Below, piece after piece: positions 48,167 through 59,729 of a stretch of 64,000 nucleotides of DNA. Position numbers and translations under genes: made by a program. The DNA comes from Thecamonas trahens ATCC 50062. Taxonomy: Eukaryota; Protista; Apusomonadida. Under the pieces are notes generated by a model. The model worked only from the letters and a program-made list of their open reading frames with translations, did not search any database and was not told where the DNA came from. Location of the stretch: the NCBI RefSeq assembly GCF_000142905.1, contig NW_013657673.1, positions 434,001 through 498,000 on the forward strand. The letters run 5' to 3'. Position 1 is the stretch's first letter; every line of letters begins with the position of its first letter.

Positions 48167-50167
48167 CTACGAGACGACGCAGCGCGACTTTTTCGACGAC
48201 TGGGCCTGGGCCTGGGCCTGGGCGGCAGCGGCGTGTGCGGCGGCGGTGGCGACGATGACGTCATCGTCCTCCTCCGGTGGGAGGTACTTGCGGCGCTCGC
48301 CGGCGCGCGGGCGCGACGACGACGACCGCAGCCACGAGTACTCGGTGTCAAATGAGGCGGTAAATGTCGAGTGCAGGGTGGACATTTCCGACGAGAGCTC
48401 CGAGCGCGACATCGACGACGACGCGGCGTCGCCGGCCGAAGTGCGGATGCGGAGCGCGGCCATCGGCAGCGTGTACATGGTCTGCTCGTTGTGCTGGTGT
48501 GGGTCAACGGCGGTCACACGCGGGTTGACCTTAAACAGGTCCATGACAACCTGCTGGTCGCCGGCGGCGAGGACCAGATCGCGCTCGGCGGTCACATCCT
48601 CGTACAGAACCTGAAGCGCGGGGAGGACGGATGACTCGGTCTCCTGCTGCTTGTAGAGGTGAGGCCAGCCGAGGCACGGGCCGGCGGCGGTGGAAGCAGC
48701 GGCGGCTCCGGCAGGCTCGGAGCAGGATGCGTCGTCATCGTCCGAGAGCGACGACGACTGCGACTGCCGGTCGCCAGAGACGGTGCCGCGGCCGCCAGCG
48801 CCATCCGGGTCGCCGGGCAGGGCGCCGCCGGGCGCCAGGCCAAGCGCCGGCGACGAGTACGAGCGTGACGAGCGAGCCAGGCGGCGGTGCATCGACGGCG
48901 GGTCGGGCGTGCGGGCCGCGGGCGCCAAACGCCCCTCAGCGGGGCCGTCGGCGTTGCGGACGACAGCAACAGCGGGATTGTGGGGCCGGCCGGATGCTGG
49001 GCGCGGGGAAGCTGCGGCTGCGGAGCCAGTGCGTGCGCGGCCGGGAAGCCCGCTCCGCGGGGTGCTTGACGCAGTGGCTTCGTGCGACTCGGAGGCTTTG
49101 GGCGGCGAGTGCGGCGCATCAAGCGGCAGCGTCCACGACAGCGGCGAGACGTCGAGCTTGAGGAACGGGTGGTGCTTGAGAGCAAAGATGGAATACCTGC
49201 GCTCAGGCTCGGGTTCGAGCATGCCGCCGAGCACGTCGCGGAGCAGCGGGTCCATGCCTGTAGGCATGCGATACTCGCCGGCGGCGATGTTCTCGAGCAG
49301 GTGGTAGTGGGAGCGGCCAGTGAACGGGTACTCGCCGGTGACCATGTTGTAGAGGGTGACGCCGAGGGCCCAGACGTCCGACTTGAAGCCCGAGAACGAC
49401 TCGACGCCACGGGCAACCTCTGGTGGTTGGAAGGCCGGCGAGCCGAGCGAGGACGAGATGTAGTCGTTCTCCGAGTACACGTCGAGCATCTGGGCAACGC
49501 CAAAGTCTGAGATCTTGATGGTGCCATCGAGGGCGACCATGATGTTCGACGGCTTGATGTCGCGGTGGATGACGCCCGAGCGGTGGATGTACTCGAGGCC
49601 GCGAACGAGCTGGCGGAGATATGCCTGGATCTCAAACAGGGTGAGGCCGCCATCCAGGGCGCGAGCCGGGCGCCTCCGTGAGCGGCGCTTGCGACGTCTC
49701 CGCGATGACGACTTTGAGGCGGCGCGGCGATGGGCAAGGAGCTCGCGGAGGGTGCCACCAGGCACATACTCGAGCACCATATACAGCTTAGCATTCTTCT
49801 CGTCCTCCAGCACCTCGTACAGGGCAACAGCATGCGGATGCGAGCCGAGGTGCTTCATGACCTCGATCTCCCTGCGGACGCGCGCGGCACCGACGTCAGC
49901 ATTGCCACCGAACCTCCGCTTGAGCCTCCGCTTCTTGACCTCCTTGATGGCAACTCTCCGCAGTGAGACAGTGTCGTACGCCTCACGGACCTTGCCAAAC
50001 GAGCCTTCACCAAGTACCTCTCCCACCAGATACCTGGAGACCATGTGGACGACCTTGGCCGCGCCGTCGTCGACATAGGCCACCGACAGGGCGCTTGCCG
50101 AGCCACCGCCTGCCGAGCCACCACCTGCGGATGACGCTGCCATGCGAGGTATGGTATGGACAGACAT
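48167..50167 (-). CDS. STK11: LKB1/STK11-like Ser/Thr kinase with C-terminal CaaX
   Basis: LGEGSFGKVREAYD...RRVAIK, HRDIKPSN, KISDFGVA and GSPAFQPPEVARGVESFSGFKSDVWALGVTLYN (LKB1 signature); ends KKSRCVVS. Confidence 0.9.
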   Translation of the reverse strand: MSVHTIPRMAASSAGGGSAGGGSASALSVAYVDDGAAKVVHMVSRYLVGEVLGEGSFGKVREAYDTVSLRRVAIKEVKKRRLKRRFGGNADVGAARVRREIEVMKHLGSHPHAVALYEVLEDEKNAKLYMVLEYVPGGTLRELLAHRRAASKSSSRRRRKRRSRRRPARALDGGLTLFEIQAYLRQLVRGLEYIHRSGVIHRDIKPSNIMVALDGTIKISDFGVAQMLDVYSENDYISSSLGSPAFQPPEVARGVESFSGFKSDVWALGVTLYNMVTGEYPFTGRSHYHLLENIAAGEYRMPTGMDPLLRDVLGGMLEPEPERRYSIFALKHHPFLKLDVSPLSWTLPLDAPHSPPKASESHEATASSTPRSGLPGRARTGSAAAASPRPASGRPHNPAVAVVRNADGPAEGRLAPAARTPDPPSMHRRLARSSRSYSSPALGLAPGGALPGDPDGAGGRGTVSGDRQSQSSSLSDDDDASCSEPAGAAAASTAAGPCLGWPHLYKQQETESSVLPALQVLYEDVTAERDLVLAAGDQQVVMDLFKVNPRVTAVDPHQHNEQTMYTLPMAALRIRTSAGDAASSSMSRSELSSEMSTLHSTFTASFDTEYSWLRSSSSRPRAGERRKYLPPEEDDDVIVATAAAHAAAAQAQAQAQSSKKSRCVVS

Positions 50168-50429
50168 GGTGCACCTCCCTGTGGGGTTGTGGGTGGGGGT
50201 GGTGGTGGTGGGGGTGGGTGGTGGGTGGTGTGTGGGGGGGGTGTGATCGTGATCGTGATCGTGATCGTGAGTGGGGGGGGAGGGGGGAGGGGAGGGGAGG
50301 AGGGATTGGGAGCAGGGATGGATGTGGGGATGGATATAGGTGGATGTGGGTGTGGGTGTGGGTGTGGTGGTGGTGGCGGTGCTGATCGTGGTTGTGGTCG
50401 CAACAAGGGGGGGTACACTCGACGCCAGC

Positions 50430-51395
50430 ATGCGGGCGCGATGGGAGCAACTGCGGCGTGATCGAAGATGGCTGGTCCTGGACGGAGGGATGGGGACGGT
50501 GCTTGGGGAGGAGATGGTGCTAGATGGGGTTCTATGGGGGACCGAGGCTCTTGCCAATGCCGATGGCCTTGCTCGCACTGCTCGGGTCCACGCAGCGTAC
50601 GCTGCCGCTGGCGCCCACGTCCTCACCACCAACACATACCAGGCCACAAGAGCTGGCTATGCCCAGGTCTTGGCGGCCACCGCATGTGAGGCCGACGAGT
50701 TTATGCGCGCTGGCTTTGCCCTCGCCGCCGAGGCCGCTGCTGACCGCGCTGCCGTCGCCATCTCACTCGGCTCGTACGCCGCATACCTTGCCGACGGCTC
50801 CGAGTACACAGGCGTGTTCGACGCCGGCGACGCCGAGCTCGAAGCCTTCCATGCCGAGCGGTTGGCGGCCTTTGCCCCACTTGCCGATGCCGATCTGTTT
50901 GCCTTTGAGACGCTGCCGTCGGCCCGGGAGATCGCAGTCGTCCTCGACGTCGTCGCCGCGGCTGCCGAGGCCGGGAGCGTCTCCGGCGCGTGGCTCTCGT
51001 TCTCGGCGAGGATCGAGAGCAGCGGACGCTCGGTGCTGGCTGATGGCACGCCGCTCTGCGAAGTTGCGAGCATGGTGGCCGATTCACAGGCAGCGCAGGC
51101 CGGCGCTGTCGTCGCCATCGCCGTCAACTGCTGCCGGCCACGTGATGTGGCGGCCCATCTCGCTGCGCTGGCCTCCGGCGCGCCGGGCCTTGGTCTGGCG
51201 GCCTACCCGAACGCGGGCGCCTCGTACGATGCCGAGATCAAGGACTGGACCCCGATCGACTGCCAAGCGTCGGCAGCGATGGTCATTGAGGCTCTACCAG
51301 AGTGGGAGGCAGCCGCGGGCCACGCTCTGGTCATGGTAGGGGGATGCTGTCAGCTCGGCCCCGAATATGTGGCCGCGCTGGCGTCCGCAGTGTGA
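50430..51395 (+). CDS. homocysteine S-methyltransferase (MmuM/HMT family)
   Basis: [45 protein letters not shown] and GGCC zinc ligands. Confidence 0.93.
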
Positions 51396-51520
51396 GAGTC
51401 AAAACCAAGTGTGGAAACAGACATCGTTGGCGCAGAAATGCGTCATATTTGAAACTCAAACAAAAACAGAGATGATTCGCCTTTCGCCCAGCACATGGTT
51501 GCGATTTACGCGAGACTACC

Positions 51521-52249
51521 TCAACAACTTTTTTTTTTGCCCTGACTGCTGCCCATCACATAGCGCTTGTGTGCGCAGCCCCGACAGTGCAGTTTGATGT
51601 AGTCTGTTGTGCGTGGGTGTGAAATGAGCGGTGCTTGAGGTGCGTGAGAATGTCGAGCGTCCGAGTAGAGAGTCAATTTTTGGCAGTGGCACGTGTCATT
51701 TTTTTGTTTTGACGATCGCCGCCCGCTGACACCACGGCGTCGCTGCCGCTGCTTGCGCCTCTTTGAGCGCTTCTTCGAGCGCTTCTGGGATGTTGATTGG
51801 CGCTTGACAGGCTTCAAGAGAGGATGGCGGCGGCGGATCGGGGCGGCAACCATGTTCTCATAGACGGCGTGCGCGGTGACGACCGACGGCTCGACGGCGC
51901 CGGACGGGGATTCGATGTCCGAGTGCAGGAGTGCCGAGGCTGCGACAGGCCGCGAAAAGTCGAGATCGTCAAGCGCCACAGGCGGCTGGTGGCCGTAGCG
52001 TAGAATGACTAGCTGGGGTGCCCCATCGGACGCCGAATTGTCGACAAGGACCGGGTTGTACCCGGCTGCCCGGGCGGCGCGCACAAACTCAGCGCGATGC
52101 TTCCGCTCACGCTTGGTCCATTGCACACCGCTTCGCCGGCGACAGAGCCTGGTGCGGTGTTTGCGTGATCGCAGAACCGTAGGCACCCGCGAGACCGTCG
52201 ACTTGAACATCGGCGAGGCCAGGCCGATGACCTCTGACAGCGGCGTCGA

Positions 52250-52294
<45 letters not shown>

Positions 52295-52713
52295 CGATGG
52301 TCGCGATCGTGACCGGCCCGAGCGGTGGCTCCTCAGCGAGCCTGACCGAGAACAGGAGAGGGAGCGAGCAGCCCTACGTGAACGCGAACGCGAACGGGGC
52401 GTGAGCGTGAACGTGAGCGTGAGCGCGAGCGTGCGCGTGAGCGCGAGCGCGAGAGAGAGATCGAACGTGAGCGTGAGCGTGAGCGTGAGCGTGCGCGTGA
52501 GCGCGAGAGAGAGCGCGACATCGAACGTGAGCGCGATCGGGAGCGTGAGCGTGCGCGCGAGCGCGACTGCAGCGCCTTGGCCCTGCGGCGCGAGACGACG
52601 ACAACACCATTGTCCGAGAGCGGCAGGTCGGCGAGCGGGCGACGGACTCGGGCCTTTGAGCGAGCCGTGGCACTCCGTGAAGGACGCGCCATGGTAGAGG
52701 CGTCGTTGCCCAT
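51521..52713 (-). CDS. basic RS-dipeptide-rich protein (frameshift at 52396-52399)
   Basis: ORF 52333..52713 (RS repeats) joins ORF 51521..52261 with one extra C, continuing RSRSRS and poly-Ser; K/R-rich NLS-like tail; no RRM seen. Confidence 0.55.
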
Positions 52714-52866
52714 GCTAAAGGGAGGGGTGGTAGTGCCAGTGGTGGAGTGGAGTGGCTGTGGCTCTGGTTATGGGCGTGTGGGCGTGTGGGCGGGTAGGCT
52801 GTGTTTGCCCCGGTGGCGCGAATTTTTGAATTGTTTTGGCCGACAGAGTCGCTCGCTGTCGCTGCA

Positions 52867-55800
52867 CTACAGGAACTCGTTCTTGATGTTCCACTTGTGA
52901 GTGGACCGATCGAGAGTGGCGATGGATCGAAGGAGGGCACGCATGCGGATGACTTCTTCGCGCGGCTTGTTTTGGAGGTCAAAGTGGGTCATAAACGCCG
53001 AGGTGGTGGTCGCGCCGAGCCAGCGCGGCGAGACGAGGAAGGCCCGGATGGCAAGTAGATCGGCGCCGCCGTCGTCGGACGAGCCGAGCGCCACGGCGGG
53101 GTCAGTGGCGGTCTCTTCAAGAGCTTCGAGCTCGCGGGCGATGGCACGGTCGTCGTCCATTCGCTCTTCGACGGTGAGGTGAGCGTCGTCGTGGCCATCG
53201 TTGCCGACAAGATTGCCCGAGGCTGCCACGGCGACCCGACGCTCCTTGAGCCGACCCAACAGCGCAGTTGCCGAGAGCGGGTCGCTTCCAGAAGCGTGCG
53301 CCTCTTTCTCGGCAGTGGCGACTGCCTCGGGATCAAAGATCGACTCGTTGTTGGGCTGGGCGGCGGCTGAGGTCCACGAGGCGTAGACGGAGGGCGGCGG
53401 CGGCGAGGCGGCGTCGTCGGCTGTCGGCGGCGCGAGGCGTGCGCGGCGAGCGGCGGCGGNNNNNNNNNNNNNNNNNNNNNNNNNNNNNNNNNNNNNNNNN
53501 NNNNNNNNNNNNNNNNNNNNNNNNNNNNNNNNNNNNNNNNNNNNNNNNNNNNNNNNNNNNNNNNNNNNNNNNNNNNNNNNNAACGCGGGCGGCCTCGTGC
53601 TCGACAATGAGGGATTCGGGCTGGGCCTGCCCGACAAGATCGTCGTGCTTGAGTGCCGAGTGGACGCCCGCCGAGCCAAACAACTGGCTGAGCACAAAGT
53701 CGTCGTCGCGGGCTGCCATGTCTGTGGGCGCACTCTCGCCGTCAGACCCGGCCTGCGCCGCGCCATCGTCGTCGTACGCCGGCATCGGCGCGACGCCGAG
53801 AACCGACGGCGCAGCGGTGGTCTCCTCGGTGACGGCACCAAAGATGGCACCAGTGGCGGTGCCCTCGACGCCGGCGTCCGGGTGGGCCGGAAAGGCAAAG
53901 AGGTCCGAGAGCTCGTTGGCCTTGAAGAACCGGCGCTGGCGTGCATCCTTGAGGATCTTGTTGGAGAGAAAGTGCTTCGAGAGCTGGCGATGGTAGATGC
54001 GCTCCTCGATGGTGCCTGCCGTGAGGAGGCGGAATATCTTGACTGGCTTTGTCTGTCCGAGGCGCCAGGCACGCTCGCGAGCCTGAGTATCGGTCGTCGG
54101 ATTCCAGTCTGGGTCATAGATGACGACCCGGTCTGCGCCGGTGAGGTTGACACCGAGGCCGCCAGTCTTGGTGGTGAGGAGAAAAGCAAAGATTGAGTCG
54201 TCGTTGTTGAACGAGTCGATGAGCGCCATGCGCGTCGAGATCGGTGTCGAGCCGTCCATGCGGAGATGCGGCATGCCCTCCGCGTTGAGGCGGGCTTGAA
54301 GCATGTTGAGCATTGCAATCGACTGCGTGAAGACCAGCGGGCGGTGGCCTTGCGGCTGCCAGAGGCGCAGCAACTCGACAAGGACCTTGAGCTTGCCGGA
54401 GCGCTCGATTGAGCCAAAGTCGGGCGGCGGCGGCGCAGCGTCGTCAAGCATCAGATCGGGGTGGTTGCAGATCTTGCGGAGAATAGCAAGGCCGTGAAAC
54501 ATGGTCATCTTGCCGGACGAGATGGCGCGATAGTCGCGCGAGCGCAGGAACGAGACATACTCCTCGTACTGTGGGAGGGTGAGCTTGCAGAAGAGCACCT
54601 GCTCCGTCTTGGGCGGGAGCTGCTTGGCGACGTCGGCCTTCATGCGGCGGAGCAGGTACGGCGCGATGAGATCGCGGAGGACCTTGGCGCACTTGTAGCC
54701 GGTCTGGACCTGGACAAACGTGGCGTTGGCATAGCCGCCGATGCGGATGGGGACGGCAAACTGGGTGTCAAAGACCGGGAGTGTGCCGAGCTTGCCGGGA
54801 AAGACAAAGTCGAAGAGCGACCAGAGCTCGACGAGATTGTTCTGGATGGGCGAGCCCGAGAGGATGACTCGGTGTGGCGAGCGGAATTGCTTGACGGCGA
54901 GCGTGATCTGCGCGTCAGGATTCTTGATCTTGTGGCCCTCGTCAAGGAGCACGTAGTCCCACGGCGCCGGGAGCAGGAGCTCCTGGTAGACGCGGATGCC
55001 CTCATAGGTGGTGATGATGACGCCGCCAGAAGCCAGCGTCGATGCAACCAGGCCCTCGGGGTCATCAGAGCCCGAGCCCGAGCCGTGAAGGAGCGCCACC
55101 CGAAGCGGCGGATACCAGGCGTGGAACTCTCGGACCCACTGGCGCATGACTGTGGCTGGACACACGATGACAGCGGTCCGGAGGAGGCCCGAAAATGAGA
55201 GTGAGGCAAGGAGGGAAATGGCTTGGATCGTTTTGCCCAGTCCCATTTCGTCGCCGATGATGCCGCCGACGTTCTGCTGGTGGAGCTCCCACAGCCACTT
55301 GAGGCCAGTCTTCTGGTACTCAAAGAGCCGGTCAAAGATCGACGACGGCACGCGGAGGCCGCCATCCAGCACCACCGCGGCGTTGGCCTCGTCATCGGCA
55401 GAGGGGCCAGTCGAGGTGAGGAGGCGAGCGCGAAAGGCCTCAACCCTGCCATCGTCGGTGTCAGTGCCGGTAGTGGCGGAGCGGCGGCGTTTGCGCGAGA
55501 TGACGCCCGCATTGCGGGAGAAGCTCGGCCCAGCCGTAGTTGGCGAAGCTTTCGGCGGCGTACGCGCCGGCTGGACCGAGACGCTTCGCTTCCGTGACAG
55601 CGCGCTGGGCCGAAGACTGGGGTCGGCGGGCGGCAGAGCGTTGGCAACCCGCATCTGGCGGGCCTGCTCGGCCGCCACCTCTGCGGCGTGCTCGGCGCGG
55701 ATGCGATCAAGCAGTGCACGCTTGTTTGACTTGCTCGGCGAGGATGTGGCCAGAGATGATGGCTCTGCGGGCGGCGGCTGACGAGCTGACGACGGAACAG

Positions 55801-56146
55801 GCTCGGGCTTGGGGTGATCCTCGGCAAACTGCTCGTTGAGGATGCGCTTCTGTGTGAGGAGCTTCTTGATGCGAGCCTTGAGCGTGTTTCGGGTCTTAAG
55901 CGCAGCAGCGTACTTGGCTCTCACCGGAGCTGGATCCCATGGCAGCGGCTTGGGAGGCAGTCTCCGCGACGACAGAGCCCGTTTGACCTTATCGATCTGA
56001 GCATCGAGATTGGCTATGCGCTGAGCGAGAAGCTTTGCATCGGCAGCACGGGCTCTATCCTCCAGCTCTGCCTGGACCTGGGCCTCCACCACGTCCTGGT
56101 CACGGCTTGCCACCCCGAGCACAGAGAGCACCGCATCCTCCGCCAT
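52867..56146 (-). CDS. ERCC6: CSB/ERCC6/Rad26 SNF2-family ATPase (122-N gap at 53460-53581)
   Basis: LFEYQKTGLKWLWELHQQNVGGIIGDEMGLGKT, DEGHKIKNP, LSGSPIQNNL, LRKICNHPDL, DPDWNP...QARERAWRLGQ; C-terminal winged-helix-like MRALLRSIA...WNIKNEF after the gap. Confidence 0.95.
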
Positions 56147-56332
56147 GACTCGGATGTATGTATGTATGTATGTATGTATGTGTGTAGGGGTGAGGGGAGA
56201 GAGGGGGTGCGAGTGAGGTGACTCGAGTATCCTATTGGTTTGAGTCGGGTGTCGCATTGGGACATTTGGCTGTGTCGTCAGCCGGGGCAGGGTAGCCCGG
56301 GGGAAGGGGGCCTCATTGTGATGGGGTTCGAT

Positions 56333-56334
<2 letters not shown>

Positions 56335-56373
<39 letters not shown>
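56335..56373. repeat. (GT)n microsatellite
   Basis: Directly visible perfect run between ERCC6 and the DEP-SNARE gene. Confidence 0.95.
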
Positions 56374-56377
<4 letters not shown>

Positions 56378-56788
56378 GTAGGGTTGGTTGTAATGGTGGT
56401 GGCGGCGGCGATCGGGCGTGTGCGTGTGTAGTGGTGGTGGTGGCGGGGGAGACAAGGCCGCCTCGTCCTCGATCCCGTGAGCCGCATAGCCGGCATCTGG
56501 TCTCAGCTACATGTGTCATCATCATGGCCATTACTCGCGCTGCATGTAGATGACATTGCCTGCCATTCCTTTTGATTGGGCGCATTTGCTTATCGGATTG
56601 GATGTGATGAGGTGTTGGATGATGCCTAGCATGTGCCACGAGCGAGAAGACAGGCAGCAGACGCGAGTGGCACCTGTTGCTGCTGGTCTCCCCCAAGGGG
56701 GGAGGAAGGGTGGACGAGTGGGGGGGGGGGGGGAGAGAGGGACCACTTCTACCACCGCACTTCAGAGTGACGACAGTCACGGACAAGG

Positions 56789-58288
56789 ATGTCGATAGAG
56801 TCTCGGGTGGTGGGGCTCGGCAAGGGGGTGCCTCGTGATCCCTATGCCTTTCAGGAGGTAGGTAGGGTGGTGGTGTGTGTGTGTGTGTGCGGAGGGAGGA
56901 GGGGGAGCTGACGGTCACGGGGGACAGGCATGGGCACAGACTTATGGAGGAAGGATGCGATGGGTGCAATGGACGGCAACTTGAACTCGGACACGACTTG
57001 ATGGTCACAGTCGAATGAGGATGCGGTGCTGATTGCGGTCACGCTGCTGCGGAGACCAAAGGGCGAGACGAGCGAAGAGGCCGAGGCACTGGCGATGGCC
57101 AAGGCGATGGGCAAGGCGGCCAAGGACAAGGGCGAGAAGCTGCCACCGATGGAAGCCATCGAGGACGTCGATGGCTCGTTTATCGTGACAAGCGGCGGCA
57201 CAATGCTGGACGTGGCCAGGGCGTGGGGCGTGCAGCGGGTGTTTGTGACGGTGACCGGCAACGCGGCGGCATTGGCAAGAGCGCGTTTGGATCTCGAATC
57301 TGGCGCAGGCGCGGGCGATGATGCTGGCGACAACGAGCTGGCGGCAGTCATGATCCACTTTCGCGACGTGCGGACCGGGGTCGAGGTCAAGGACCGCAAG
57401 TACCGGTTCAAAAAGTACCGCCAGTGCTTTGTTGGATCCGAGGCGGTCGACTTTCTTGTCGACAACGGGTACGTAGCGTCGCGGTTCGAGGCTGTCGAGC
57501 TGGGCGAGAAGATGCGGGCGGCCGGCCTGTTTTCGCACGTGGTCGACGACCACGGGTTCAAGGACGACAAGCTGTTCTACGCCTTTGACCCCGACTTTGT
57601 CATTCAGACAACATCATACTCGATCTTAGACACGCAGTCGGCGGCGGCGGCTTCGGCAGCCAAGCTCTCGCTCGCCAAGTACGACTCGCTTGTCGGGACC
57701 GCCGAATGGGACGAGCTCGCCGAGGCTGCGACCCAGCAGTTGCTCGACATCGGGGTCGAGCTGCGGCGGCTGGAGCTGGCCGGCGAGTCGGCGCCGCAGG
57801 AGCGGCTGGCGGTGACCTCGACGCTGGACAAGGTCAAGGCCGTTGTCAGCAAGCTCGAGGGTGCCGTCTCCGGAAAGGGCATCAAGGACGCCGAGGCCAG
57901 GCGCCGGACAGCGGCGCTGGCTCGGCTGACCTCGCGCCTGTTCGAGGCCAAGCGCCAGTTCTCTGAGCTGCGCCAGGCGCACCGCCCACCCGAGACGAGC
58001 TCGTCGTACGACTGGAGCGCAGGCTCGTCGTCGGGCGTGCTCCAAGCCCACGAGTACGACGAGACCGAGACCGAGGAGCTGCTCATGCTCCAGCGCCAGA
58101 TCATCGCAGCACAGGATGCAGGACTAGAGGAGCTGTCCAAGACGCTGGAGCGGCAGATCAAGATCGGGCGCCTCATTGGCGAGGAGCTCGACCGACAGAA
58201 CGAGCTACTCGACACGCTCGTCACCCACGTCGACGCCACCCAGGACCGGCTCACCGACGCCCAGATCGATATGGACAACCTGCTGTAG
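56789..58288 (+). CDS. DEP domain plus Qc-SNARE (syntaxin-8/Vam7-like) protein without a transmembrane anchor (predicted intron 56858-57010)
   Basis: DEP: DRKYRFKKYRQCFVGSEAVDFL...FKDDKLFYAF. Habc-like EARRRTAAL. SNARE: QRQIIAAQDAGLEELSKTLERQIKIGRLIGEELDRQNELLD. Exon 1 (GAG|GTAGGT ... CACAG|TCG, phase 0) is tentative. Confidence 0.85.
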
Positions 58289-58329
58289 GCCGCGGTCGGC
58301 GAGGCGGCGGAGAGTAAAACGCGCGCAAA

Positions 58330-59307
58330 CTACAGCTCGGACGAGTACTCGGTCGAGAGCGACGAGAGGCCTTGGGCAGGCGCGGGCGCCCGAGAAGGGA
58401 GCCTCTGCACGGCCGCCGGCGAGATCGTGTCTGGCCAGGCGAGCGAGAGCGCAACGAGCCAGTCAAGGACGAGGCGGACGTCGCCGGTGTCAAGTTCGTT
58501 GAGCACGTCTGCAAATGTCATGTGCGAGCCCGAGATCCGCGCCAGCATGGCCCGAGCGCCACGCCGGCACGCTCGCTCCTCCTTAGCAGTCAGGGCAAGA
58601 GCTGCGGCGCCGATGCGGGGCAGAGCAGCCGAGGCGAGGAGCCAGTCGCCACCGGGCGGGCCGACGGCCAGCCGCTTGATGTTCCGCACAATGGCAGCAA
58701 GGGCAGAGGCAAGCTCAGCCCCGTCAACTGCGCCGCGGACCTTGCCGTGGAAGACCGTCGTCATGCGGTCGACCTTGTGCGGCCGGGTCTTGTCGTCGAG
58801 CATGGCGGCGAACATGGTGAGCTCGGTGAGGCGGACGCTCTTGCTCTTGCTCTCGCCGTCAGCGTCAGCAAAGAGCGCAAACAGAGCCCGGCCGAGGCGA
58901 CGGGCATCGAGCGAGGCGCGCAGGCTGCGGCAAGCCATTCGCTGCGCCCACGCCGTCCCTTCGCTCTCGCTGCTGTCGCTGGAGCTCCCGTCAAGGCGGC
59001 CGCTCGCCGAGGCGCTACCGAGCTCAAACAGGCCTTCGTCGTCGAGTTCGGCAAGGGCGCGACCAGAGCCTGGACCCTTTGTCCGCGTCACGACAATGTC
59101 GATGGTTTTCAGCTTGCGCTGTGCCGGCAGCTCGGGATGATCGAGGACATAGCCAACAGCGTCGACAAAGACAGATCGGTCAAAGCACTCGCCGCCGGCC
59201 GACTTGAGGGCCATGACGAGGGCCACAAACTCATCACGACCAAAAACAGTCCTTCGCTCGAGCCTCCGCTTTGGTATTTGCGGAAGTGAGGACGCGATAG
59301 CGCCCAT
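58330..59307 (-). CDS. N-myristoylated degenerate EF-hand (NCS/calcineurin-B-like) protein
   Basis: MGAIAS myristoylation consensus; LFALFADADG...VRLTEL...KVDRMTTVF...GAVDGAEL spacing resembles NCS EF-hands with degenerate loops. Confidence 0.55.
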   Translation of the reverse strand: MGAIASSLPQIPKRRLERRTVFGRDEFVALVMALKSAGGECFDRSVFVDAVGYVLDHPELPAQRKLKTIDIVVTRTKGPGSGRALAELDDEGLFELGSASASGRLDGSSSDSSESEGTAWAQRMACRSLRASLDARRLGRALFALFADADGESKSKSVRLTELTMFAAMLDDKTRPHKVDRMTTVFHGKVRGAVDGAELASALAAIVRNIKRLAVGPPGGDWLLASAALPRIGAAALALTAKEERACRRGARAMLARISGSHMTFADVLNELDTGDVRLVLDWLVALSLAWPDTISPAAVQRLPSRAPAPAQGLSSLSTEYSSEL

Positions 59308-59729
59308 ATACCACGATCACCTGTGCGTCAAGTGTTGCTGCAGCGTGGAGAGCTTGAGAAGATCTGGCCAGCCATGAGCCCATTAGCGCCGCTCGCGGCG
59401 ACGATAATGAGGAAGATCGGCTGCTTCTGCTGCTGCTGGCGTTGGTGTGGGTGGCATTGGTCTTACTTTCACTGCCGATGGCGAGTCAAAGTGCCGTGAT
59501 GCGCGAAACGTGTCCAAGATCAAGTCCAAGCCAAGCCGAGTTGCGCTCCCGCAGAGGGCGAGGGTAGCGAGTGGGGGCTGAGTGCGACCATCTTTGGCGC
59601 CATGTTCCGCAGCAGCACGCCCCCCCCCCCCCCCGGCCACCCCCCCCAACCCGCCCCTCCCACCTCACCCCGACACTTCCTCTTCCTCCAACTCTAAGGT
59701 GGGGGTCTCTGGTGGAGCTGGTGTGTGAC

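Noticed and set aside
50168-50429. Extended N-termini for LKB1 (to 50647) and HMT (to 50340) in the ORF track
   Set aside because: Translation through a G/T-rich low-complexity divergent spacer from non-ATG starts; ATGs at 50167 and 50430 fit the families better.
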